The notes under the pieces are model-generated. The model worked only from the letters and a program-made list of their open reading frames with translations, had not been told where the DNA came from and made no database searches. From positions 1,123-65,122 of the IMG/VR virus record IMGVR_UViG_2864937364_000001: a DNA stretch of 64,000 bases. One strand, 5' to 3'. Source of the DNA: a virus. Shown piece by piece: positions 56,416 through 64,000 of this stretch; position 1 is the stretch's first letter; every line of letters begins with the position of its first letter. Both the position numbers and the translations under genes were made by a program.

Positions 56416-57155
56416 CCCTACTCACACCTGCCGCGCCACTCGCCGGCCCGTTTGCCAATGCCCTGGCCGCCATGAATGCCAACATGACCATGGCCGAAAT
56501 CAAGGAGCTGCAGCAAGAGCAGCGCGATTGGGAAGCCGGCGAAAGGCACAAACTGTTTTTGGCCGCCATGGTGGCCCTGAAGTTGAACCCTCCCAGCATC
56601 CTCAAGGACAAGACCGCGTTCACGCCAGATGGTCAGGGCGGGTTTGAGTCCTACGACTACGCCACCATCGGCAACGTCTGCGAGCAGGTCATTCAGTCCG
56701 CCGCACAGCATGGCCTCACGCACAACTGGGTGCCTGGCCGCAGCCCGGAGGGCGACATTGTTGTGACATGCGAAGTCGCCCATGTGGGGGGGCATGTGCA
56801 GCGGACCATGCTCGATGCGCCGCGCGAGGAATCGCCAGGACTCACCGTAGCGCAGGCCGAGCAATCCGTGCGCACGTTTCTGGAACGCTACACCCTGCTG
56901 CTGGGATTTGGCTTCGCGGCCAAGGACAGGCCTGACGACGACGGTCGCGGCGGCGCCGCGATGCCCTCGCCTGCAGCGCAGAGCGCCACGGAGGGGTGGG
57001 TGGTCTATGTCAACAGCGCGGACAGTATCGAGACACTCGAATCCATACGCAAAGAGGCGTCTGCGGCCTTTCACGCGGCGGGTGATGCTGGCGCATGGAG
57101 CACCGTGAAGCGCGCGCTCGATGCGCGCCAGGACGCACTGGAAGGCGGCGCGTGA
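56412..57155 (+). CDS. ERF-family ssDNA annealing protein
   Basis: YDYATI, TFLERYTL...DDDG. Confidence 0.8.
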   Translation: MTLLTPAAPLAGPFANALAAMNANMTMAEIKELQQEQRDWEAGERHKLFLAAMVALKLNPPSILKDKTAFTPDGQGGFESYDYATIGNVCEQVIQSAAQHGLTHNWVPGRSPEGDIVVTCEVAHVGGHVQRTMLDAPREESPGLTVAQAEQSVRTFLERYTLLLGFGFAAKDRPDDDGRGGAAMPSPAAQSATEGWVVYVNSADSIETLESIRKEASAAFHAAGDAGAWSTVKRALDARQDALEGGA

Positions 57156-57820
57156 AGAGCACGCGCTACACCATCAGCACCCACAAGCAAGGCACACGCG
57201 AATGGCTGAAAGACCGCCTGGGCTGCGTGACCGGCGCCGATGTGGCCGCGCTCTATACCCCCGGCAGAGCCAAGGGCACCGACTCCGAAGCGCGCACTGG
57301 CTACATGCGCCAGCTCGTGCTGGAACGCCTGGACGTGCCCACCGATAGCGGCTCCTTTCTCTCGCGCGATATGGCTTGGGGCATCGCCACCGAACCTCTG
57401 GCGCGCCTGGCACTGGAGGCCACCACCGGATACAGGGTGCGCGAAGCCGGCTTCTGCCGGCTCAGGCGATACGCCGCAGGCTGCAGCGTGGACTCGTTCA
57501 TCTTCGGCGACGAGGTGGACACCAAGCGGCTGGGCATCAGCGAAATCAAGTGCCCCAAGAGCAAGACGCACCTGGCCTATCTCGAAGCCCGTGGCGTCCC
57601 TGAAATCTATGTGCCGCAGATCACCCACAACCTGTGGGTGACGGGCGCGCAGTTCTGCAAATTCATTTCCTACGACCCCCGTTTCCCGCCAGCGATGCGG
57701 ATGTTGCTGGTGCACGTTGAGCGCGACGAGGCGGCAATCAAGGCCCATGAGGCCTTGGTGCTGCAGTTCCTCATGGAGACGGATGCCCTTGAACGCAAGT
57801 TGCGGCTCAACGCCGCGTGA
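57152..57820 (+). CDS. Lambda-exonuclease/YqaJ family nuclease
   Basis: QGTREWLKDRLGCVTG, MAWGIATEPLAR, GCSVD, EIKCP. Confidence 0.88.
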   Translation: MKSTRYTISTHKQGTREWLKDRLGCVTGADVAALYTPGRAKGTDSEARTGYMRQLVLERLDVPTDSGSFLSRDMAWGIATEPLARLALEATTGYRVREAGFCRLRRYAAGCSVDSFIFGDEVDTKRLGISEIKCPKSKTHLAYLEARGVPEIYVPQITHNLWVTGAQFCKFISYDPRFPPAMRMLLVHVERDEAAIKAHEALVLQFLMETDALERKLRLNAA

Positions 57821-57829
57821 AGGACTTCA

Positions 57830-58732
57830 ATGTCATCGAACCGCCAATTGCTGGAGGCAGGAACCGCCAAGCGCGCCGACCTCGTAAAAATCTGGATCAA
57901 TGAACTCCACGTCGAACCCGGCTTCAATCCCCCGGAAACCCCCGAGGAGTTTGACGCTCGCGTGGAGGACATCGTGGCGCACCTCGCGAACGGCGGCAGC
58001 GTTCCGCCACTCGAAGTACGTGATCGGGTAGAGGGCGGCAAGTTCATCGTTGACGGGCACGCCCGTCTTGAAGCGCATGTGCGTGCGGCCGATAGAGGCA
58101 TCCCGATCCACGACCAGAAGGATGGGCGCGTTTACATCCTGACCATTCCTTTTGTGGGCAATGACGCGGACCGCAACATTCGCATCATCACATCCGCGAA
58201 GAAGCGCACGCTTTCGCCCGTGCAGACAGCCACGATCCTCAAGCGCCAGCGCGGGTACGGCTGGTCCTTGGAGGCCATCGCCAAGGAAATCAATCTCTCT
58301 TCAGAGCGCGTGCGCCAGCTTCTGGCACTCGGCGATGCCAACAGTGATGTACAGGCACTGGTGTTGTCGGGCGAGGTCACCGAAGCGGTTGCAACCGCTG
58401 CCGTGCGAAACCACGGCGACAACGCCGGCACCGTGCTTGCCGAACAGCTCGCCGAGGTGAAGGCCGCTGGCGGCAAGAAGCTGACCCCGGGGAAAGCCGG
58501 CCCCAAGAAGCCGAAGGCTTCCGACCTGGCGGCAGAGCGCGAAATGCTGGATTGGCTGATCGATCAACGCGCCATGGTTGCGCGGGGTAGCAAGCCGGAC
58601 TTTGCTGCTGATGAGTCCACCTTGGGCTACTGGGTCTGGTGGCCTGCCGATGGCCGCACGCAACCCGGCTTGTTCAGAGACCCCCGCGAGGCCATCACCC
58701 AGGCCATGACCAAGGAGCCCGAGAATGTTTAA
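57830..58732 (+). CDS. ParB/Srx-like domain + HTH protein
   Basis: PPLEVR...IVDGHAR; GWSLEAIAKEINLSSERVRQLL. Confidence 0.78.
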   Translation: MSSNRQLLEAGTAKRADLVKIWINELHVEPGFNPPETPEEFDARVEDIVAHLANGGSVPPLEVRDRVEGGKFIVDGHARLEAHVRAADRGIPIHDQKDGRVYILTIPFVGNDADRNIRIITSAKKRTLSPVQTATILKRQRGYGWSLEAIAKEINLSSERVRQLLALGDANSDVQALVLSGEVTEAVATAAVRNHGDNAGTVLAEQLAEVKAAGGKKLTPGKAGPKKPKASDLAAEREMLDWLIDQRAMVARGSKPDFAADESTLGYWVWWPADGRTQPGLFRDPREAITQAMTKEPENV

Positions 58733-59648
58733 GAACCTCATCGTCTACCGCACAGGGCCCCTGCACACCGCCGACCTCGAAGGCGTGGAGCAGGCGCTGC
58801 AGAAGATGCTCTTCGCGGAGTGCGGCGCCACACAGGAGAAATCGGTTGGCTGGGTGCCCCCACGCGGCGAAGAACACGGCGCCTTGGTGGAGTCCATCGG
58901 GGGTCAGTGGGTGCTGCGCTTCAAGATCGAGGCGAAGGCCGTCCCTGGCGAAGTCCTCGCACGACGCGTCAAGGAAAAGGCCGATGCCATCGAGAAGTCC
59001 ACAGGCCGCAAGCCAGGCAAAAAGGAGTCCAAGGAACTCAAGGAGGAAGCGAAGCTTGACCTCCTGCCTATGGCCTTCACGAAGCAATCCACCATGTGGG
59101 TGTGGATTGACCGTGAGCTAAGAACTCTGGTGCTCGATACGGGCACGCAGAGCCGGGCCGATGACGTGGTATCCCTACTGGTCGAGGCCCTGCCAGGCCT
59201 GACCGTCTCCCTCCTGCACACCAGCACCAGCCCCCAGGCGGCCATGTCGCACTGGCTGAGCACGCAGGAGCCGCCGCAGGGCTTCACGGTGGACCGCGAA
59301 TGCGAGCTGAAAGCCTGCGACGAGGGCAAGGCGGTCGTGCGTTACGGACGCCACCCCCTCGACATCGAAGAGGTGAAGGCGCACATCGCGGCCGGCAAGC
59401 TGCCCACCAAGCTGGCGCTTACCTGGGATGACCGTGTCTCTTTCCTGCTGACTGAGGGTTTGCAGGTGAAGAAGGTCGAATTCCTCGACACCGTGTTTGA
59501 AGGCACGAAGGCCGATGACGGCAGTTTCGACACGGACGTGGCCATTGCAACGGGTGAGTTGCGCAAGCTGCTGCCCGACCTGATCGAGGCGCTGGGCGGC
59601 GAGCCCGAACCAGGCGCCCAGGCGCAGGCCGCCCCACCATCGGAATGA
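58725..59648 (+). CDS. rdgC: Recombination-associated protein RdgC
   Basis: MFKNLIVYR, SVGWVPPRG, KLALTWDDRVSFLL, LIEALGGE. Confidence 0.93.
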   Translation: MFKNLIVYRTGPLHTADLEGVEQALQKMLFAECGATQEKSVGWVPPRGEEHGALVESIGGQWVLRFKIEAKAVPGEVLARRVKEKADAIEKSTGRKPGKKESKELKEEAKLDLLPMAFTKQSTMWVWIDRELRTLVLDTGTQSRADDVVSLLVEALPGLTVSLLHTSTSPQAAMSHWLSTQEPPQGFTVDRECELKACDEGKAVVRYGRHPLDIEEVKAHIAAGKLPTKLALTWDDRVSFLLTEGLQVKKVEFLDTVFEGTKADDGSFDTDVAIATGELRKLLPDLIEALGGEPEPGAQAQAAPPSE

Positions 59649-59658
59649 CGCTACAGCC

Positions 59659-60006
59659 GTGGCGTTCCTGTTCCGATGCCCGGAGTGTCGGACCAGGCGC
59701 CGCGACTACGGGCTATTCACCCAGCACCTGGCCAACAGCGGGCACGCCCTGTGCCGCTGCGGCGGGTACCACTACAGCCACAGACCGGACTCTCCTTTCT
59801 GCCATCGCAACCCCTACAGCCCAGCCCTGGAGGCTTCGCGCGCCGGGGTTTGCGATCAGGAGGTGGAGGCCATTGCGTCACAGATCGCGCTGGACATCGC
59901 GATCACGCACCCAGGGCGAAAGCCAAGGCCCACGGACCCAGTGAAACGATCACCGGATTCCGCCCCGATCAACACAAGCCCGCCTTCGCTGCGGGCTTTT
60001 TCTTGA
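59659..60006 (+). CDS. Small Zn-finger hypothetical protein
   Basis: RCPECRTRR...CRCGGYHYSHRP. Confidence 0.55.
   Translation: MAFLFRCPECRTRRRDYGLFTQHLANSGHALCRCGGYHYSHRPDSPFCHRNPYSPALEASRAGVCDQEVEAIASQIALDIAITHPGRKPRPTDPVKRSPDSAPINTSPPSLRAFS
59976..60004 (+). terminator. Intrinsic terminator
   Basis: AAGCCCGC...GCGGGCTT then T-run. Confidence 0.65.
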
Positions 60007-60013
60007 GTGCCCC

Positions 60014-60523
60014 ATGCCACAGTCACAACCCAAGACCGCTCACGAGCTGAGCCCTCCCATGGCCCAGTGCCACGCCAGACTGCTCGCCGTGGCAAAGAAC
60101 GGCACGCCCGAGGCCTTCTCGGCGACCCTTGCCGGCGTGCTTCACCGCGCCGAGCTGGCCATTGGTGGCGCCTACGACGCGGCGAATCAGGCAATCCGCA
60201 AGGAGCGATCCGCAACAACGGACGTAGCCGGCACCATAAAGGCGTTCCGCGAATACCTTGGCGTTCATCCCCACATCGCCATGGGCGGCCACCAGGCGGA
60301 CACCACAGCGCACCAGCTCGCGATGATCGCGCTGGACCACCAGCCGTGGAACGCAAGCATGCCGCGATTCCCCACCGCTTTGCGCAAGATGTGGAGCGGC
60401 GGCGAGGTGCAGGATTGGATGGACAGCAATTTGCCGCCGCTCATCGGGGCCACCTACGCCAAGGGTTTCGCGGAAGGGATGGCCCAGCGCGGAGTTGCAG
60501 AACCCACCCCTGGGGCCAAGTAA
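60014..60523 (+). CDS. Hypothetical protein
   Basis: Contains FPTALRKMWSGGEVQDW, a recurrent phage motif. Confidence 0.65.
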   Translation: MPQSQPKTAHELSPPMAQCHARLLAVAKNGTPEAFSATLAGVLHRAELAIGGAYDAANQAIRKERSATTDVAGTIKAFREYLGVHPHIAMGGHQADTTAHQLAMIALDHQPWNASMPRFPTALRKMWSGGEVQDWMDSNLPPLIGATYAKGFAEGMAQRGVAEPTPGAK

Positions 60524-61026
60524 TGGGACAGCGCTTTGGCAGAAACCAGCGCCGCCGAGCACGCGAGGCACTCCACTCAGTGGCCTCACAGCTTCAATCG
60601 GTGCGAGAGCAACTCGCCCAGGCGCAGCACCAGCATCAAAGCCTGGCGCGCGCAAGCTCCGAAATGTCTGATGTCAATCAGCGCAATGAAGTATTGCTTG
60701 CCCAGGCCCGGTTGCTTCTTGGCAAGCACAGCATCGCATTTGACCCACGCCCACTCGCTGTGCCGCGCGTAGAACGGGACGGGAGCTTTCGCGTGAATAC
60801 GCCCGATGGGCGGATGACCACCATGCATACCGTAGACATTCGCGCCGAACCAGACTGGCTAAAGGGAATGCTGCATGTGACAGCGATGGTCGGCGACCGG
60901 CGGGCCGGGTACGCCATTTCTGAAGGCGCCATGTTCCACGGTCCCAATGATCTGTTGGCGAAGCATATCGGCAAGCTGATTGCGGAGCGCCTCGTCATTG
61001 ACCTGAAGCGATGGAGCCGCCGATGA
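60523..61026 (+). CDS. Hypothetical protein
   Basis: TAATG coupling; MGQRFGRNQRRRARE. Confidence 0.65.
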   Translation: MGQRFGRNQRRRAREALHSVASQLQSVREQLAQAQHQHQSLARASSEMSDVNQRNEVLLAQARLLLGKHSIAFDPRPLAVPRVERDGSFRVNTPDGRMTTMHTVDIRAEPDWLKGMLHVTAMVGDRRAGYAISEGAMFHGPNDLLAKHIGKLIAERLVIDLKRWSRR

Positions 61027-61262
61027 ATGATCCCATCATCTTCAACGGCATGCGCATCCAAGAGTCACGAATGGCCGTGCGCCAGAAGACCGTGGTTCAT
61101 GTGCGACGCCACCCCATCAGCAAGCGCCGCAGACGGTGGCAGGTCGTGGTGGAGGTGGTGGAGACACCCTGCGCGTTCGTGATGGAGGGACTCATCCTCA
61201 TGCACCCCCTGTTGCTTGCTGGACTGCGGGAGCAGTTGCGAGGGCGGGTTTCTCATGGATGA
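61023..61262 (+). CDS. Hypothetical protein
   Basis: ATGA coupling, GGAG SD. Confidence 0.55.
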   Translation: MNDPIIFNGMRIQESRMAVRQKTVVHVRRHPISKRRRRWQVVVEVVETPCAFVMEGLILMHPLLLAGLREQLRGRVSHG

Positions 61263-61488
61263 CGCCAGTGAAGCCTGGCAGCTCGCCGACAAGGCCTATC
61301 AGCACCACCACGCCAGGTGCGGCGAATGCCGCGCCGCTGGCGCCAACCGGAGCGGAGCCCTCACGCGCTGCCACGCTGGGCTTGCGTTGTGGGAGGAATA
61401 CCAGCAAGCCGGCGAGCCACCGCACTTCGCATGGCTCAAACCCATCAGGAGGCCCAATGCCCGACCCCAAACCCATCGACGCCCTTGA
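61255..61488 (+). CDS. Small His/Cys hypothetical protein
   Basis: YQHHHARCGEC...RCHAGLALW. Confidence 0.55.
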   Translation: MDDASEAWQLADKAYQHHHARCGECRAAGANRSGALTRCHAGLALWEEYQQAGEPPHFAWLKPIRRPNARPQTHRRP

Positions 61489-61807
61489 GAAAGTCAGGAT
61501 GCTGATCGAAGCTTATGCCGACACGAAAGCACATTACGACTGGACGATGGGCGAGCATTCCAATGCAGGCCCAGCCAGCCAGAACGGCGCTGCACGGCGC
61601 TTGGAAACCGCAAGCGAAGCGTTGAGCATCGAGCTGGAAAACCTCGCCAGCGCACCTGGTGAGGTGGTTTCGTCGGTGATCGAGATTTGCAGCAGCCGCT
61701 GGGAGGCCTACGCCAACGACCCGGAAACCGGTTGGCGCGCGCCCATGCAGTTCGCCGCAGCAGAGATTGAGCGCATGGTGCTGACGCAATTTCGGGCCGG
61801 GGGGTGA
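61457..61807 (+). CDS. Hypothetical protein
   Basis: AGGAGG SD, MPDPKPID. Confidence 0.55.
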   Translation: MPDPKPIDALEKVRMLIEAYADTKAHYDWTMGEHSNAGPASQNGAARRLETASEALSIELENLASAPGEVVSSVIEICSSRWEAYANDPETGWRAPMQFAAAEIERMVLTQFRAGG

Positions 61808-61819
61808 CCCCGTGAACCA

Positions 61820-62182
61820 ATGCAACTCGCGCTCGACACAGAGGGCTGCGATGCCGGGCCGCTGTTCGCGCCCGAGCGCAAGACCCGACCGCCGAAGCGC
61901 CCCAAGGGCAAGGAAGGCATGGTGCACCGCGCGCAGACGCGCCGGGCCACGCCGGCCTGGGCGGACATGGCTGCGATCAAGGCGATCTATCGAGAAGCCC
62001 AGCAGCTCACCAGGCAGACCGGGGAGCTGCATGTGGTGGACCACATCGTCCCAAAGATCAGCCCCTACGTTTGCGGCCTGCACGTGCCCGCAAACCTGCG
62101 CGTCATCCACTGGCGCGAGAACAGTGCCAAGGCCAATCTTTGGTGGCCCGGCATGTGGAACGAACAAGGAGAACTTTTGTAA
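61820..62182 (+). CDS. HNH endonuclease (small)
   Basis: TPAWAD...VDHIVP...VCGLHVPANLRVI...N..K.N. Confidence 0.8.
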   Translation: MQLALDTEGCDAGPLFAPERKTRPPKRPKGKEGMVHRAQTRRATPAWADMAAIKAIYREAQQLTRQTGELHVVDHIVPKISPYVCGLHVPANLRVIHWRENSAKANLWWPGMWNEQGELL

Positions 62183-62661
62183 TGTCTGATCGCAAACTGC
62201 ACATCGCAACGCACCCCCTGACGGGCCGAATTCTTCAGGGCCGCGCGAGAAGCTCGAATGGCCGCATCCTCATGAGCCAAACCACCGATGTCACGGCGGA
62301 CGTGCTCCTTGCTGTGATCCAAAAGGCCAAGCAGCACGGCGGCTCCTTCGACATCCATTCGTATGACGGCGACGGCTACACCCTGTCGGTCGTGGCGAAG
62401 GGCTCTGCGGCCCAGGCGGCGGCAGGGGCGCAGCCGTATCGCCCCGAAATGGCCCCGCTGTCCGATGAGCAGCTGAAAAAGCTCTCTGCCACGGGGCCTG
62501 TGCACTGTGAAAATGGAGTGGTCACGCGCGGCCCGGCTGTATACCGGGACGAACTGCAGGAACGCTTTGAGCGCGGATTCCGCACGGCAGAGAAGCACTA
62601 CGGCATCAGCCGCCCCACCCCGACCACGCCAAAGGCGCAGGAGGGTGAGCAGCATGGCTAA
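62182..62661 (+). CDS. Hypothetical protein
   Basis: AAGGAG SD, TAATG coupling; HPLTGRILQG...DVT. Confidence 0.65.
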   Translation: MSDRKLHIATHPLTGRILQGRARSSNGRILMSQTTDVTADVLLAVIQKAKQHGGSFDIHSYDGDGYTLSVVAKGSAAQAAAGAQPYRPEMAPLSDEQLKKLSATGPVHCENGVVTRGPAVYRDELQERFERGFRTAEKHYGISRPTPTTPKAQEGEQHG

Positions 62662-62956
62662 AAGCCCTCTCGCCGGCAAGGCGTGGTTCTTCGCCCTAGG
62701 CCAGCGGCACGCCGCACTGGGCGTCACGCGCTATGCCGCGGTCAATCTCATGCGCAGATGGCCGGCGCATGCGCAGCGTGCATACGGCGATGGCCGAGCT
62801 GCTGCCCTGGGACTGCGCAAGCATGTCAGCGAGGCGGACGGCAGCTACTTCGCGGAGTGCTGCCGATGTGGGCGGGACTACGAACTGCCGTGCGATCTGC
62901 ATGAATTCAATCCTGAATTCAGCTACTGCGGTGGAAGCCTGCACTGCATCCCCTGA
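62654..62956 (+). CDS. Hypothetical Cys-rich protein
   Basis: GGAGG SD; CCRCG...YCGGSLHCIP. Confidence 0.55.
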   Translation: MAKSPLAGKAWFFALGQRHAALGVTRYAAVNLMRRWPAHAQRAYGDGRAAALGLRKHVSEADGSYFAECCRCGRDYELPCDLHEFNPEFSYCGGSLHCIP

Positions 62957-62981
62957 GCCCTCATCACCCAACAATCAATCG

Positions 62982-63007
62982 ACCGCCCTGCAGGGCGGTT
63001 TCTTTTT
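62982..63007 (+). terminator. Intrinsic terminator
   Basis: ACCGCCC-TGCA-GGGCGGT then TTCTTTTT. Confidence 0.7.
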
Positions 63008-63018
63008 GGATAGACGAC

Positions 63019-63300
63019 ATGAAGACAGTCCGTATTTTCTTCGGCGGCACCGCCCGCGAAATCATTGACGCCAACGGCAAGACTTGGAAGTTCTCAACGC
63101 ACGAAAGCGGAATTGTGCGCATCCACGAAGCTGGCGGTGACAGTGAACAAGACTGCCAGGCGTTCATGGCCGCCGCACGCCTCTGGGCCGCGCAGGGCTG
63201 CGTGGTGTCCGATACAGGCTTCTGCCAGTGGCGAGAAGAGGTAGCTGGCGAAGCACCTACCGGCGAAAAGGAGGCAGACCATGGCCAAAGCCACTGCTGA
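63019..63300 (+). CDS. Hypothetical protein
   Basis: 93 aa ORF upstream of AlpA gene. Confidence 0.55.
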   Translation: MKTVRIFFGGTAREIIDANGKTWKFSTHESGIVRIHEAGGDSEQDCQAFMAAARLWAAQGCVVSDTGFCQWREEVAGEAPTGEKEADHGQSHC

Positions 63301-63520
63301 ACAGAAGCCCGACATCATGCACCGCGAGAAGCAGGTGCTAGCCCAATTCGCGCCCGTTCACAGGACCACCTGGTGGCGCTGGGTCAAGGCAGGCTTGGCA
63401 CCCAAACCGGTGCCTATTGGGCCTCATGCGGTGGCGTGGCGGGAGTCCGAGCTTGCCGCTTGGCAGAAGGGCGAGTGGAAGCCAGTGGCGGCAGCAGGAA
63501 GTTCGCCCAGTCCTGCATGA
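63281..63520 (+). CDS. AlpA-family excisionase/regulator
   Basis: RTTWWRWVKAGLAPKPVPIGPHAVAWRESELAAW; AAGGAGG SD. Confidence 0.85.
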   Translation: MAKATAEQKPDIMHREKQVLAQFAPVHRTTWWRWVKAGLAPKPVPIGPHAVAWRESELAAWQKGEWKPVAAAGSSPSPA

Positions 63521-64000
63521 GCACCCGGCGCTTCTGCACCGCCGTCAGGCGGCGATAGGCCGCCTCGGTCTTGTTCTCGGGGACGTGCGCCAACGCGGCC
63601 TCAAGCAGATCGCGGTGGTACTCCGTGTAGTCGCCACCCCAATCGCGGAAGGTAGAACGGAAGCCGTGGGGCACAGCAGTCAGGCCCTGCCGGCGCATCA
63701 CCTCCGTCATCGCCATGTCCGAAATGGGTTTGATCGGCTGGCCCTTCTTCGTGCGGTTGGTAGGGAAAAGAAATTCTGTGCCTGCCATATGGGGGATGGA
63801 TCCCAAAAGCGTCACGGCCTGGTCGCTCAGCGGCACCGTGTGGTCCATGCCCGCCTTCATCCGCTCACCAGGCACCACCCAAACCTTCTTCTGCAGGTCG
63901 AACTCCGACCACCGCGCGAATCGAATTTCGACCGAACGTGCAGCGGTCAGGATCAGCAGGCGCAGCGCCAGCGCCGACACTCCATCCACCAGCTCCATCG
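63414..64000 (-). CDS. int: Tyrosine integrase (P4-like), C-terminal part; 5' end outside window
   Basis: Catalytic R (AARSVE), K (RMKAG), HGFR, LAH, AAYRR. Confidence 0.93.
   Translation of the reverse strand, partial: MELVDGVSALALRLLILTAARSVEIRFARWSEFDLQKKVWVVPGERMKAGMDHTVPLSDQAVTLLGSIPHMAGTEFLFPTNRTKKGQPIKPISDMAMTEVMRRQGLTAVPHGFRSTFRDWGGDYTEYHRDLLEAALAHVPENKTEAAYRRLTAVQKRRVLMQDWANFLLPPLASTRPSAKRQARTPATPPHEAQ

Noticed and set aside
58608..58640. Second CTGATGAG hammerhead core (also at 2801)
   Set aside because: No stem II followed by GAAA; both lie in coding sequence.

Overview
The whole window lies inside one integrated temperate phage of more than 64 kb, with both ends outside the window. 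The host is GC-rich and probably a betaproteobacterium (inferred from composition, gene content and a CTGT-N8-ACAG LexA box). Left to right: (1) a minus-strand lysis cassette (Rz/Rz1 spanins, SAR-type endolysin, holin); (2) an inserted low-GC plus-strand ATPase + HNH pair resembling the Septu (PtuA/PtuB) defence system; (3) a minus-strand podovirus-type morphogenesis operon (terminases, portal, scaffold, N4-gp56-type capsid, tail and ejection genes) ending in a ~4,380-aa polyvalent protein with DarB-like methyltransferase/SNF2-helicase, ParB-like, zincin, LPD3-like and PLxRFG parts; (4) accessory and nin-like genes; (5) a DUF1376-type replication module; (6) a cro/cI switch; (7) a plus-strand early operon (ERF, exonuclease, ParB-like, RdgC, AlpA); (8) a convergent tyrosine integrase. 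The most notable signals are not evident from gene annotation: a hammerhead ribozyme in the structured early leader; an antisense promoter plus ~80-nt structured RNA hidden in the giant gene; a nested TnpV-like gene in the same giant gene; a membrane protein whose tail copies the giant protein's N-terminal motif; a LexA-boxed STAS-like gene antisense to a peptidase-less repressor; a five-copy late-promoter motif; and an origin-type palindrome repeated inside terS. All family calls come from motif recognition by eye, not database searches.
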